Of a DNA stretch of 64,000 bases, positions 46,769-57,354 are shown one piece after another. Below the pieces are notes generated by a model. That model was given only the letters and a program-made list of their open reading frames with translations. It was not told where the DNA came from and did not search any database. Source of the stretch: Candidatus Latescibacterota bacterium (GTDB lineage: Bacteria > Latescibacterota > UBA2968 > SICM01); assembly GCA_965217865.1 (NCBI GenBank), contig CBDCJO010000002.1, forward strand, positions 4,352,001 to 4,416,000. Direction: 5' to 3'. The stretch's first letter is position 1. Each line of letters starts with the position of its first letter. The position numbers and the translations under genes were made by a program.

Positions 46769-48163
46769 TCAGGTCGTTTCCAGGAATGGATCTTCCCGAT
46801 AGATCTCCGCCTCTTCGAACCGGCTGTACTTGTTTACCCAGGTCAGGCTTGCTACCCCCAGAGGTCCGTTTCGCTGTTTTCCAATAATGACCTCTGCCAT
46901 CCCCACCTGATCGTGACCCTCGTCGTCAATGATTCCGTACACCTCAGGACGGTAGAGGAACAGAACGACGTCCGCATCCTGCTCGATGCTGCCCGATTCT
47001 CTTAAATCGCTCAGGATGGGCCGGCGATCTCCGCCTCGCGTCTCGACCGCTCTGGAGAGCTGAGCACATGCTACAACAGGGACATTCAATTCTTTCGCAA
47101 TGGCTTTGAGCGAACGGGAGATGTTGGCGATCTCCTGTTGTCGATTTTCGGATCGATCGTGAGTCGTGATAAGCTGAAGGTAATCCACAATGATCAAACC
47201 CACACCGTGTTCGATCTTCAGACGGCGCGCCTTTGCCCGCATCTCCAAAATGCTGATCCCAGGGGAATCGTCAACGAAGATGGGGGCCTCCATGAGCTTG
47301 CTGCTCCACGCTGCCAGACGGGACCATTCGTCTTCAGACAACTTACCCGTCCGCAAAAGATGGGAATCCACCCGGGCCTCCGCGCAGAGCAGCCGCTGGG
47401 CAACCTGCTGCTCGGACATCTCCAGGGAGAAGATTCCCACAGGGACCTTCTCCTTAACCGCTACATTCCGGGCGACGCTAATGCCGAAAGCGGTTTTGCC
47501 CATTCCGGGTCTGCCCGCCACAACGATCATTTCCGACGGCTGTAATCCGGCAGTCAATTCGTCGAGGTCTTTGTATCCTGTGGCCAATCCCGAATAGGCG
47601 CCGGCCCTTTTGTGGGCCTTTTCAACAATCTCGAACGTGTCGTGGAGGATGTTCTCGATCGGTTTGAATCCTCTTCCGATCGAACCCTGAGAAAGGCTGA
47701 AAAAACGCTGCTCCGCACGGTCAAGGAGCTGAAAGCCATCTTGCGATTCCGCGTAGCATTCGGAAGCGATCTGTGCCGAGATGTTGATCATCTTTCGCCT
47801 GAGCGACTTTTCAAGGACGATCCTGGCGTGATATTCGGCATTGACCGAGGTGCCTACATCTCCCGCGAGCTGTGCCACGGCGAAGGCACCCCCCACCTCT
47901 TCCAGTTTTTTTCGCCGGGTGAGCTCCTGCACCACCGTGATCTGGTCCACCGGCTGGCCTTTGTCATACAAAGAAATGATTGCAGCGAAGAGTTGACGGT
48001 GGGCCGTCTGGTAGAAGGCCGTCTCATCCAGGACCTCAAGCACCGCGCCGACGGCACTGGAGTCTATGAGCATGGCCCCAAGGACAGCACGCTCGACATC
48101 AAGGGCTTGCGGGGGGATGCGGTCGACCTGAGCTGTAAGTTCAGAAGCCATCGATTCATCCAT
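46769..48163 (-). CDS. dnaB: Replicative DNA helicase
   Basis: PPQ..E.AVLG, GRPGMGKT, VDYLQL, QLSR, DLRESGSIEQDAD, KQRNGP. Confidence 0.98.
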   Translation of the reverse strand: MDESMASELTAQVDRIPPQALDVERAVLGAMLIDSSAVGAVLEVLDETAFYQTAHRQLFAAIISLYDKGQPVDQITVVQELTRRKKLEEVGGAFAVAQLAGDVGTSVNAEYHARIVLEKSLRRKMINISAQIASECYAESQDGFQLLDRAEQRFFSLSQGSIGRGFKPIENILHDTFEIVEKAHKRAGAYSGLATGYKDLDELTAGLQPSEMIVVAGRPGMGKTAFGISVARNVAVKEKVPVGIFSLEMSEQQVAQRLLCAEARVDSHLLRTGKLSEDEWSRLAAWSSKLMEAPIFVDDSPGISILEMRAKARRLKIEHGVGLIIVDYLQLITTHDRSENRQQEIANISRSLKAIAKELNVPVVACAQLSRAVETRGGDRRPILSDLRESGSIEQDADVVLFLYRPEVYGIIDDEGHDQVGMAEVIIGKQRNGPLGVASLTWVNKYSRFEEAEIYREDPFLETT

Positions 48164-48194
48164 CTGAAGTAACGGACTGGAGGGATCTTAGTGC

Positions 48195-48887
48195 CTACAA
48201 CGCCACGCCATCCAGCGCTTTGCGAAGCAGCTTCATGTCCTCCCAGGTCGGTTTTTTCAAGGCCGGATTTCGCAGGAGGGCAGCTGGATGGTAGGTGACG
48301 ATCAGTCTGATACCCTGAAAAAGGTGGATCTTTCCTCGGAGTTTTCCGACGGGAACATCGACCTCCAGGAGGGCCTGAGCTGAAACCTTCCCGAGAGCAC
48401 AAATCAATTCCGGTTTTATAATCTCGATCTGGCGCAGGAGATGTGGATTGCAGGCAGCGATCTCGTCCGAGTCTGGATTCCGATTGTTGGGGGGGCGACA
48501 CTTTACGACGTTGGTGATATAGACGTCTTCGCGGCGGAGTTTCGTCGCCTCGATTATCTTCGTCAGGAGTTGACCGGCCGCTCCGACAAACGGCAGCCCG
48601 GTGACGTCCTCATCTCTGCCGGGTCCCTCGCCGATAAACATGAGGTTTGCCTCTGGATTTCCGGACCCGAAGACGACCTTAGTTCGCCCTTTTGCAAGTT
48701 GACACTTTTGGCAGTCTGATATCGAATTCCCAAAAGCACCCAATTCGTTTGTGTCCGGGCGGGGGTCCGAGACAAGTGTGTTATCGGAACGAATAAAAAA
48801 TTCCCGGGCACCTATATCCGATCGTTGATGGACGTAGCGGCGAGCAAGCAAGAGTGTTTCGGTAAGGTCCTCGTAAAGGTCATCCAT
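48195..48887 (-). CDS. Uracil-DNA glycosylase family 4 (4Fe-4S)
   Basis: [30 protein letters not shown]. Confidence 0.95.
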   Translation of the reverse strand: MDDLYEDLTETLLLARRYVHQRSDIGAREFFIRSDNTLVSDPRPDTNELGAFGNSISDCQKCQLAKGRTKVVFGSGNPEANLMFIGEGPGRDEDVTGLPFVGAAGQLLTKIIEATKLRREDVYITNVVKCRPPNNRNPDSDEIAACNPHLLRQIEIIKPELICALGKVSAQALLEVDVPVGKLRGKIHLFQGIRLIVTYHPAALLRNPALKKPTWEDMKLLRKALDGVAL

Positions 48888-48901
48888 AATACTGGGGCTA
48901 G

Positions 48902-50427
48902 CAGCCTGTTGAAAAAGTGCATTTATGCCAAGATGACTGTTGTCTTTCCTTGTGGTTTGGTCCTATGATATATCAGGTTCAAACTGAGAAGGGAGGACGA
49001 GCAAATGGCAATGGGAAAACGAGGACGACAGAGACAGGAAAACCTGTTCATCGCATCGAACACTTTGGTGAAATCTCCGGGTCATCCGTTCTACGAGAAG
49101 CTGAATCAGGTATTGGGGGCGAACGGCTTCGACGAGTTCGTCGAGGGGCTTTGCCAGCGGTATTACGCTCCTCATATGGGTCGCAAGGGCATTCCGCCCG
49201 GGGTTTATTTTCGGATGCTTTTGATTGGGTATTTCGAGGGACTTGATTCGGAACGTGGGATCGAATGGCGTGTATCTGACTCGCTGACGTTGCGCCGGTT
49301 TTTGGGGTATGCCCTTGACGAACAGACCCCGGATCATTCCAGCCTGTCTCGCATCCGGCATCGGCTTCCCTTGGAAGTTCACGAAGCGGTTTTCAAGTGG
49401 ATCCTGAGGGTCTTGTGCAAAGCGGGTCTGGTGAAGGGGAAGACGTTGGGCGTGGATGCTACGACACTGGAGGCCAACGCCGCGATGCGCAGCATTGTAC
49501 GCCGTGACACGGGTGAAGGCTACCAGGCATTCCTTGAGAATCTGGCCAAGGCCTCGGGCATTGAAACGCCTACCCGCGAGGACTTGTCCAAGATCGATAA
49601 GAAGCGACCGAAGAAGGGATCGAACCAGGACTGGGAGCACCCGCACGACCCGGATGCCAAGATCGCTAAGATGAAGGACGGTCGCACGCACATGGCGCAC
49701 AAGGTGGAGCACGCGGTGGATCTGGACACCAATGCCATTGTGGCAGTGGCGTTGTCGGGAGCAGATGAAGGAGATACCGAGTCGTTGCCCTGGACGCTGC
49801 TCGAGGCGCAGCTCAATCTCAAGCAGGTCGCGAAGGACGAAAAAGCTGCCAAACGTTTGCACAGACAGCGTATACGGGAGGTGGTTGCGGACAAAGGATA
49901 TCATAGCAACGATGTATTGACCAGTCTGAAGCAAGGCGGCATCCGGAGTTACATTTCAGAACCGGATCGGGGACGCCGCAAGTGGAACGGCCGACGAGAT
50001 GAGCAGGCCGCGGTATATGCGAATCGACGCCGGATCAAGGGAGATCGCGGCAAGGCCTTGCGCCGAAGTCGTGCAGAACGGGTGGAAAGAACCATCGCTC
50101 ACACATATGATACCGGTGGCATGCGCAGGTTGCACTTGAGAGACCGCGGCAATATCCTCAAGCGTTTGCTGATCCACATCGGGGGCTGCAACCTGGCTCT
50201 GCTCATGCGCAAAGTGATGGGCGTAGGTACTCCGAAGGCCCTCCAGGACCTGGCCAAGGCCTTGCAGCGTCTACTGCTCGTCCTACAATCACGTTTGCTG
50301 CCCTCGGTCACCTTTTTAACCTCTTATCAGCGTCTCCTGCTCAATCTCCTTACCTTGATTTATCTGACCCGCACTCCAGGCGTCTTTTCCGTTTATGTGC
50401 GTTGAAAGGTAGTTCTTCAACGGGCTG
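48902..50427 (+). mobile_element. Insertion sequence (IS1182/IS5-like), 1526 bp
   Basis: Terminal IRs CAGCCTGTTGAAAAAGT and CAGCCCGTTGAAGAACT (14/17 match). CTAG duplicated at 48898-48901 and 50428-50431. Confidence 0.92.
49005..50405 (+). CDS. DDE transposase (DUF772 + DDE_Tnp_1-like)
   Basis: GHPFY, SERGIEW, TPDHSSLSRIR, VDAT, HDPDA, VADKGY, RVER. Confidence 0.93.
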   Translation: MAMGKRGRQRQENLFIASNTLVKSPGHPFYEKLNQVLGANGFDEFVEGLCQRYYAPHMGRKGIPPGVYFRMLLIGYFEGLDSERGIEWRVSDSLTLRRFLGYALDEQTPDHSSLSRIRHRLPLEVHEAVFKWILRVLCKAGLVKGKTLGVDATTLEANAAMRSIVRRDTGEGYQAFLENLAKASGIETPTREDLSKIDKKRPKKGSNQDWEHPHDPDAKIAKMKDGRTHMAHKVEHAVDLDTNAIVAVALSGADEGDTESLPWTLLEAQLNLKQVAKDEKAAKRLHRQRIREVVADKGYHSNDVLTSLKQGGIRSYISEPDRGRRKWNGRRDEQAAVYANRRRIKGDRGKALRRSRAERVERTIAHTYDTGGMRRLHLRDRGNILKRLLIHIGGCNLALLMRKVMGVGTPKALQDLAKALQRLLLVLQSRLLPSVTFLTSYQRLLLNLLTLIYLTRTPGVFSVYVR

Positions 50428-50458
50428 CTAGCCCTCGGGGATCGGGATCAGAGAGTTT

Positions 50459-51679
50459 TCAGCACCCCTTCAGTTTTTTCGTCACCCGATCCAGAATATG
50501 GTCCGCCACTTCCAACTTCGTCATTTTTTGTAAATTCTGGACGGACTCGTCTTTGTCGATCAGGGAGACCACATTCGTGTCGGCCTGAAATCCCGCACCC
50601 TCTACTGTCAGGTCATTCATCACGATCAGGTCCATGTTTTTCTGCCTCAATTTTTTTGTGGCATTGGCCAAACCGTTTTCCGTCTCCATGGCAAACCCGA
50701 CAACGATCTTGTCTCTCTTTTTCTTTCCCAATTCCACGAGGAAGTCCCCGGTGGGGACCAGTTTCAGGGAGATGCCCGTCCCGGACTTTTTTATCTTGGA
50801 GGACGAAATCGTCTTTGTCCGAAAGTCGAGGACGGCCGCCGCCATGATAAGGACATCCGTCTCGGGGAAGGCCTTTTCAACTGCACCCCGCATCTGGTCA
50901 ACGGTCCGGATGTTCACGACCCTGACCCCTTCGGGGGGTGCGATATGGGTCGGTCCGGAGATGAGGGTCACATCCGCACCGCGTCTCCGGGCACGTTCGG
51001 CGATGGCGAAGCCCATCTTTCCGCTGGAGCGATTCGTCAGGAACCTCACCGGATCGATGTCCTCTTCCGTTCGCCCTGCGGTTACCAGGATACGGCATCC
51101 TTTTAAGGCGGCGGAGGGCGGATGGTTCAAGGCCTCGAGGACGGCTTCGGCGATCTCCTCCGGTTCCGACATCCGGCCCATCCCTTCTGTCCCGGAGGCA
51201 AGGAAACCCTCCCCCGGCCCAACCGTTAAATAACCCAGGCCGCGAAGACGGGACACATTTTCCTTCACGATGGGGTTTTGAACCATGTTCGTCTCCATGG
51301 CAGGGGCCAGGAGGATCGGAACAGGCGAGGCCAACACGGTTGCGGATAGGAGATCGTCGGCCAGACCGGCTGCGATCTTCCCGATCGTATTTGCCGTGGC
51401 CGGAGCGATCAGCATGAGATCCGCCCATTGTCCAAGAGCGATGTGAGGGATCTGAGGCGAGGGAGGCTTCGGAAACATCTCCGTATGAACCGGATGCCCG
51501 GACAAGACTTCGAAAGTCACGGGCCCTACAAATTCACGGGCAGAGGCGGTCATCATAACCGACACGTCCGCACCCATTTTCTTCAGTATGCGAAGAAGCT
51601 CAACCGACTTATAGGCCGATATTCCCCCCGTCACCCCCAGAAGAATCTTCTTCCTCATCAGAGATTGATTGGTTGGCAT
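50459..51679 (-). CDS. coaBC: Phosphopantothenoylcysteine decarboxylase/ligase
   Basis: GVTGGISAYK, APATAN, APAM, TAGRTEEDIDPVRFLTNRSSGKMG, GFAME. Start 51679 or 51658. Confidence 0.96.
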   Translation of the reverse strand: MPTNQSLMRKKILLGVTGGISAYKSVELLRILKKMGADVSVMMTASAREFVGPVTFEVLSGHPVHTEMFPKPPSPQIPHIALGQWADLMLIAPATANTIGKIAAGLADDLLSATVLASPVPILLAPAMETNMVQNPIVKENVSRLRGLGYLTVGPGEGFLASGTEGMGRMSEPEEIAEAVLEALNHPPSAALKGCRILVTAGRTEEDIDPVRFLTNRSSGKMGFAIAERARRRGADVTLISGPTHIAPPEGVRVVNIRTVDQMRGAVEKAFPETDVLIMAAAVLDFRTKTISSSKIKKSGTGISLKLVPTGDFLVELGKKKRDKIVVGFAMETENGLANATKKLRQKNMDLIVMNDLTVEGAGFQADTNVVSLIDKDESVQNLQKMTKLEVADHILDRVTKKLKGC

Positions 51680-51905
51680 AGGCCTCTTCCACGTCGGATA
51701 TTTCATTCGGGGTAAGGTAGGCGACTTTCGCCTTTCCTGTTACCACTCGCCTTAAGGCTAATGTGGTCGGCTTATCGTCGGTCTCCACACTTTTTTCCCG
51801 TCGGCTCTGGTTGATCCATCGTGCCTCTCGAGCCGTGCCGATGACTGCTTCGTAAGGATTGACGTTATTCGACTCCAAATCCTCCCAGAAAAAGATCTCT
51901 ACCAT
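51609..51905 (-). CDS. rpoZ: RNA polymerase omega subunit (divergent)
   Basis: NPYEAV..AREARWIN..KPTTLAL and the conserved gmk-rpoZ-coaBC position. The acidic tail overlaps coaBC. Confidence 0.8.
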   Translation of the reverse strand: MVEIFFWEDLESNNVNPYEAVIGTAREARWINQSRREKSVETDDKPTTLALRRVVTGKAKVAYLTPNEISDVEEAYANQSISDEEEDSSGGDGGNIGL

Positions 51906-52016
51906 GAGGCTCTCCGCGTGAAAATTCAAGTTGCTGCTGCCCTCAAAATCCCCTTTTACCGGTCCTTAACTTCAACATTCGGGGGGCGGTTTATTGGGGG
52001 GTGGAGGAGCGTTGTA

Positions 52017-52631
52017 TTATTTCAGTTGTTCGAGCAGGTCCCCTTCATATCGGAAGCTGCGACCTCGCTCCGAAACAAGAATGGCTTCCATACACTCAAC
52101 AGCGGCTTCGATCCGATCATTCACGATCAGATAGTCGTAAGCCTTGAAGTGAGTCATTTCCTTTCTGGCGCTTTCCAAGCGCTTTCCGAGGTCTGCTTCG
52201 GCATCTGTCCCCCGGTCAGTCAAACGCTGTTTCAATGCCTCCATGGATGGGGGGGCGACGAAGACCGATACGCAATCCTCTTTAAGGCGGCTTTTCCATT
52301 CTGCCGCTCCCTGAACGTCGACGTCCAGAATAATGACATCGTGTGCTTCTTGTTGGGATCTGAGGGACTCCCAGGTGGTCCCATAAAGAAATCCGTGGAC
52401 CTCTGCCCACTCCGCGAAAATTCCCCGACGTATCCCATCACGAAATTCCTTCTCGCTCAGAAAGAAGCGGTCCCGCCCCTCTACCTCACCAGCACGGCGC
52501 GGTCGCGTGGTTGTGGTCACACACAACCCGAGGTTCGAATCCCTGGCGAGCAAGGCTCGACAGATCGATGACTTGCCCGCACCCGAAGGGCCTGACAAGA
52601 TGAGGGTAAAACCTTTTCGAGGCAGTACCAT
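52017..52631 (-). CDS. gmk: Guanylate kinase
   Basis: GPSGAGKS, TTRPRRAGE, EWAEVHG.LYGT, LDVDVQGA. Confidence 0.96.
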   Translation of the reverse strand: MVLPRKGFTLILSGPSGAGKSSICRALLARDSNLGLCVTTTTRPRRAGEVEGRDRFFLSEKEFRDGIRRGIFAEWAEVHGFLYGTTWESLRSQQEAHDVIILDVDVQGAAEWKSRLKEDCVSVFVAPPSMEALKQRLTDRGTDAEADLGKRLESARKEMTHFKAYDYLIVNDRIEAAVECMEAILVSERGRSFRYEGDLLEQLK

Positions 52632-52634
52632 CTA

Positions 52635-53510
52635 TTATTCCACGTTCTGGACCTGCTCGCGGAGGCGCTCAATTTCCTCCTTTAATTCTACCACCAAGTG
52701 GGAAATCGCGGCTTCGTTGGCTTTCGACCCGATGGTATTGGCCTCGCGGCCCATTTCCTGAAGGAGAAAATTCAGCCTTCGTCCGACGGGCTCCTCCTGT
52801 TCCAGGAGATTGAGAAATTGGTCGTCGTGGCAGTGAAAACGGACACATTCTTCCGTGATGTCCATCCGATCCGCGAGGATTGCGACCTCAGCAGCAAGGC
52901 GCCCCTCGTCGAGCTCTTCCGTCAAAACCTGTGAGATCCGTTCGCGAATTCGATCGCGGCCTGCCTTTACTCGTGCAGGGGCAAGCCCCTCCACCTTTTT
53001 GATGAGGCGTTCAAGATTTTCGATCCTTTTCTCAAAATCCCGCCGAAGATGATCCCCCTCAGTTCGACGCATCCGATTACACTGGTCGAGTGCAGACTCC
53101 GTTGCCTCCCGGATGAGGGGCCACGTGGATTTAAGATCGATGTCGTCCTGAACGTAGCGAAAGACCTCCGGCAGAGGTGCCACGATCCGGGGATCGACGG
53201 CTTCCTTCAGACCGAAGGCTTCATTCAATCGGGAGAGGCCGTCGAGGTAGCCCCGCGCGACATCCAGGTTCAAGACAGGCACCCCTATGCCGGCATTCGC
53301 ACCTTCGTATGAGATCGTGACTTCGATGCGTCCTCGGGAAATAGAGCCCTGTACGACTTCCTTAACACGGAGTTCCAGGTTGGAAAGCGCCTGGGGCAGC
53401 CTGATCGACAGGTCGCTATACCGACTATTGACCGTTCTGATCTCGACCATTGCCCGGTTTTTGCCATCGGAGGCCTCAGCCTTTCCGAATCCGGTCATGC
53501 TGGCGATCAT
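52635..53510 (-). CDS. yicC: YicC/YloC-family endoribonuclease
   Basis: MIASMTGFG, DITEE, GRRLNFLLQEMGREANTIGSK, REQVQNVE. Confidence 0.95.
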   Translation of the reverse strand: MIASMTGFGKAEASDGKNRAMVEIRTVNSRYSDLSIRLPQALSNLELRVKEVVQGSISRGRIEVTISYEGANAGIGVPVLNLDVARGYLDGLSRLNEAFGLKEAVDPRIVAPLPEVFRYVQDDIDLKSTWPLIREATESALDQCNRMRRTEGDHLRRDFEKRIENLERLIKKVEGLAPARVKAGRDRIRERISQVLTEELDEGRLAAEVAILADRMDITEECVRFHCHDDQFLNLLEQEEPVGRRLNFLLQEMGREANTIGSKANEAAISHLVVELKEEIERLREQVQNVE

Positions 53511-53564
53511 CGTATGCTTCCTGACTCGTAGATCCCTCAATCCGATAAATTATTCGAAGACACA

Positions 53565-53668
53565 AATCTATTATATTATTATGGACATGTCAACCTCCAA
53601 TTCCCGTGCGGTTCTCGATATAGACCCCGGGAAAAAACTTGACAAGTGGGAGATCAGGAGGCTATAAT
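53565..53668. promoter_or_regulatory. Divergent sigma70-type promoters
   Basis: Minus strand TTGACA-N17-TAGATT (53593-53565, for yicC). Plus strand TTGACA-N18-TATAAT (53639-53668). Confidence 0.65.
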
Positions 53669-53727
53669 AGCCGCAGAAGGCCGTTCCGGCGTGAATTTCC
53701 AATCGAAATCGATTAGGGTCGTTATCC

Positions 53728-54132
53728 TTGAGCACAAAGTCCAAAATTTGGTTCGGCATTCTGGTGTCCGCAATTCTTTTTTCCCTCTGGCTGTTCATCG
53801 GATTTTTCCTCTCAACATATCTCCAGACCGGCGACACTTCCCCTCGTGTAGGCCTGTTCCTTGGCATTCTGGGGCTTCAGGTGGCCACGGCCGCTGCGAT
53901 CTTTTACACCGCTTCCAAGGTTGCCCTGTATCGCTACGAGGTCATTTTTCAGGAAAGGTTGAGGGAACAAATTCAAGAGATGAACCGGGGGATCGAAGAG
54001 ATGAAGGGTATAGTTAGGGAGATCGATTCCGCCTTTCGAGAGAGATCACAGGCGCTCACAAGAGAGGTTGCATCCGCGATTCAGGACTCGCTGGATGGGA
54101 AGGAGAGCTCACGCCTTGACGCAGAGGCTTAG
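53728..54132 (+). CDS. Hypothetical membrane protein (2 TM + coiled coil)
   Basis: Two hydrophobic helices then a heptad-rich tail. Lies downstream of a consensus promoter. Confidence 0.7.
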   Translation: MSTKSKIWFGILVSAILFSLWLFIGFFLSTYLQTGDTSPRVGLFLGILGLQVATAAAIFYTASKVALYRYEVIFQERLREQIQEMNRGIEEMKGIVREIDSAFRERSQALTREVASAIQDSLDGKESSRLDAEA

Positions 54133-54182
54133 GCACACGGGTTTGAGAAGGTCAGATCAGTAAGGGATCAAAGGAAAACGAC

Positions 54183-55506
54183 GTGGGCAAAGAAGGGTTG
54201 CAAATCGTCCGAGAGACCGTGGGGGGGGCTGCGGGTAGGGCCGCCTCTTTCGGACCGAGACGGGCGTCTTCCTCATGTTGCGGTCTATCCGATCTTTCCC
54301 AATCGCCTGAACGGAGAATCACCGGACACGATCTCCCTCTCTGACGGCGGAGATGGAGGCGCTCTGATCCAGGAGGTCTCGTGCGAGGATGCGGTCCGAA
54401 TTTCAAATCCATTGGATTTCTCTCTCTATGGGGGTGAATCGGAATGCATCATAGGGAGAACCCAGAACCGGGCCCTGAAACATGATGTGCTTGTCCCTCC
54501 TAGGACGAGCCGATTTGCGCTTGTCAACTGTGTCGAGAAGGGGCAGCCGACCCGACACGGGAAGGGAATGGTTGTGGATGGCGTATCCCCCTGGAGCATC
54601 CGACTTGATAAGATGCGTCAGCTCGCGGAACGGGGAAAAATCGCACAGGACCGTGTCTGGGATCAGGTTGAAACTTTCCTGAAACGGGCAAAGGTTTCCA
54701 GCCGCACGTTGGATCTCCACGCCATGTATGAAAAGCGGGGCGCTGAGATCCAACCGTCACAAAGTTCCTTTCCATATTTGCCGGGCCAGGTCGGTGCGAT
54801 CTCCGCGGTGGGCCCAAACCTCTTTGTGGATCTCTTCTCCGAGCCGGAGATGCTTGAACGTCGGTTTGATGGCATCCTAAGCAGCGCTTTTATGGAGGGC
54901 TACGTCGCACCCTCCGACGTGCGGGTTCCGATGGATGTCGCCCGGCGGTGTCTGGACGACCTGCTTGCCGGGGTTCGTCATCAAAGAAAGCTACGCCCGA
55001 GATTCTCATCGCCGGATGAATCCGAGCTCCTGATGTGGGGGCCGGACATCACGGCTTCGGCGTTTATCAGCAAGGGGGACTTACGACACCTTTCGTTTCA
55101 CCGGTCCCCCGGAAACCTGGCGTCGGGGGGAGCGGAATTCGAAAGGGGCCTGGAGGATTTTCGCAGACACTACCACGACGAGAATCGGGAGTGGCTCAAG
55201 GCCTTGAGAGACGCCTACGCACCTCGACACCGATCGTATCAAGCTCGGATTTCAGAACTTATGGCCTTTGCGCCTTCCCACCGCATGCAAGCGAGGGCGC
55301 TTGCCAAAAGTGCCGGCCCAGTCCCGGGACCCGTGATCGGCATGGAGGAGGCCGAACCGGATCCTGAAGTTGTTGATTACCCGGATTCAGGGGTCATTCA
55401 AACGGCCATCGAAGGCCTGACAGGCAGGGTGAGCGATGATTTTTCCGCAGACCTGTGCAATGCGGAGGAGTTTCTGGACGGGTTGAAATTGAAGATGGAA
55501 ATATGA
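54183..55506 (+). CDS. ARPP-1/DUF6569-like protein, frameshifted in a G8 tract near its start
   Basis: LRVGPP..VAVYPI..IQEVS..V.ISN..E.IIGRTQNR.LKHDVLVPP..NCVEKG..QDRVWDQV..GQVGAI..VDLF resembles DUF6569. GTG 54183 (after AAGGA) joins this frame if the G8 at 54221-54228 is G7. Confidence 0.6.
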
Positions 55507-55657
55507 TCCGGGGTGTATGCTGCCAGAGGACTCTGAATCTTTCCAATATCTCGGGTTTGTAACCCTATCAGTAGAAGTGGCAGTAGCAGGAAAAAGGAAA
55601 ACGATCTGATTGGTTCGGTTCAGGTGCCAAAAATCGGATATTCGGAGGAAAGTCGTT

Positions 55658-57354
55658 ATGTCACATCTATGCATCGCGATAGTCTGTGTGCTCAGCCTTC
55701 AGCATCCAGGAAATCTGGCCGCGGTTGAGGGCACGGATAATATCTCGACCTTTGGGGGAACTGGAGATCCGGGTTTTTCAGGGGATGGGGGGCCGGTCAA
55801 TGAGGCCGAGTTGACGAGTCCAAGTGACCTTTTCCTGGATGAAAAGGGGGTCCTCTACATCGTCGGTGACGGGCGGATCCGCCGGGTGGGCCTGGACGGG
55901 ATCATCACGACTATCGCGGGTACGGGCGAGAGAGGTTTCTCAGGGGACGGGGGACTCGCTACAGACGCCACCCTAAGGCCCTCCGATGTGGCCGTGGATT
56001 CAAAAGGGAACATATACATCGCCGACCCAGGCAATGACCGCATCCGAGTTGTGACAGTCAGGATCATCGATACCCTTGCGGGTTCAGGATTCGAGGAAAT
56101 GGCCTATTCGGGGGACGGGGGTCCGGCGAACCAGGCCGAGCTGAACCGACCCTCCGGCGTGGCCGTGGATGCGGACGGCATAAACGTCTATATCGCCGAC
56201 AACCTAAATAACGTTATCCGTCGCGTGGGCCCGGACGGGATCCTCGCGCTAACGGTCACATCCCTGGCGTTCGACACGACCGGAGTCGGGGGGAGTTCCG
56301 AACAGACCCTGGAGGTCTCGAACATCGGGACCGGATCCCTGACCCTCACCGGGTTCACGTTCAGCGGTGCGGGAAGAAGGGATTACCAGGGGCAGGAGAC
56401 GCTGCCCACGATCGACGCCGGGGGCATCGAGACCGTCACCGTGATTTTCACCCCAGCAGAGAAGGGGAACGTTCGGCCGTCCTGTTTGTGGAATCCGATG
56501 CCGGGCACAAAGGGATCGACGTAACAGGGTTCTCCGTGGAGGGTGGTCCGGAGATCAGCCTGTCGGTTACCACCCTGGCGTTGGAGACCATCAAGGTGGG
56601 TGAGAACGCCGTTCAGGGAACGATCACGATCACGAACCCGGGCGTCTCGGATCTGTCCGTCACCGGGATCACCCTGGAGGGGGCCGATGTTTCGGAATTC
56701 GACGTTTCCCCCACCGCGGCCACGATCGCACCCGGGGGATCGGAGACCATAACGATTACATTCGACCCTGCCTCCATCGGGAATAAGTCAATCACCGTTC
56801 ACGTGGATCACAACGCTGGGGATCAACTCACCGTCGACCTGACCGCTGTCGCAGAAGGCGGACCGGTCCTGGGGCTGCCGTCCGATGTCGTGTCGTTCGA
56901 CGGCGTGCAGGCGGAGACAATTGATCAGGGATCTTTCACGATCACCAACCCGGGCACCGAAGACCTCTCCATCACCGCGATCATTGTGGAAGGGACGCAC
57001 GCTTCCGAGTACGAGGTCTCGACGACTCAGGTCACGATCGCTTCGGGAGGGTCCGAGACGATAACGGTGATATTTTCTCCGACATCTCCGGGGACGAAGT
57101 CGGCCAGCCTCCAGATCGATCACAATGCGGGGGATCCCACGACTGTTCGCCTATCCGGGGTCGTTTATGCCGCCGGGACATCTCCGGATTTCGACGGGAC
57201 AGGCAAAGTGGATCTGGAGGATTTCTTCCTGTTTGCAGCTGCATTCAGTCAGGAGCCGACAGGTGATAACGTCCGTTTCGACCTGGACGGCAACAACAAG
57301 ATCGATTTTGACGACTTCTTCCTCTTCGCGGGGGCGTTCGGGAAGGAGTTATAA
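55658..57354 (+). CDS. Secreted NHL-repeat / ASH-Ig (choice-of-anchor D-like) protein with a C-terminal paired EF-hand/dockerin-like module; frameshift near 56467
   Basis: Signal peptide, GFSGDGG.A..A.L..P..VAVD repeats, three I.N.G..DL Ig units and DFDGTGKVDLEDFFLFA..DLDGNNKIDFDDFFLFAGAFG. Adding one G to the run at 56464-56467 joins the two ORFs. Confidence 0.8.

Noticed and set aside
48963-49934. 323-aa antisense ORF in the transposase, and similar long antisense ORFs such as 109-837, 21077-22000 and 42525-43280
   Set aside because: Shadow frames of high-GC coding genes with no motifs of their own.
55740-57160. Repeated DNA in the surface-protein gene as a DGR template/variable repeat pair
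   Set aside because: Repeats match NHL and Ig domain duplications, differences are not adenine-specific, and there is no reverse transcriptase in the window.
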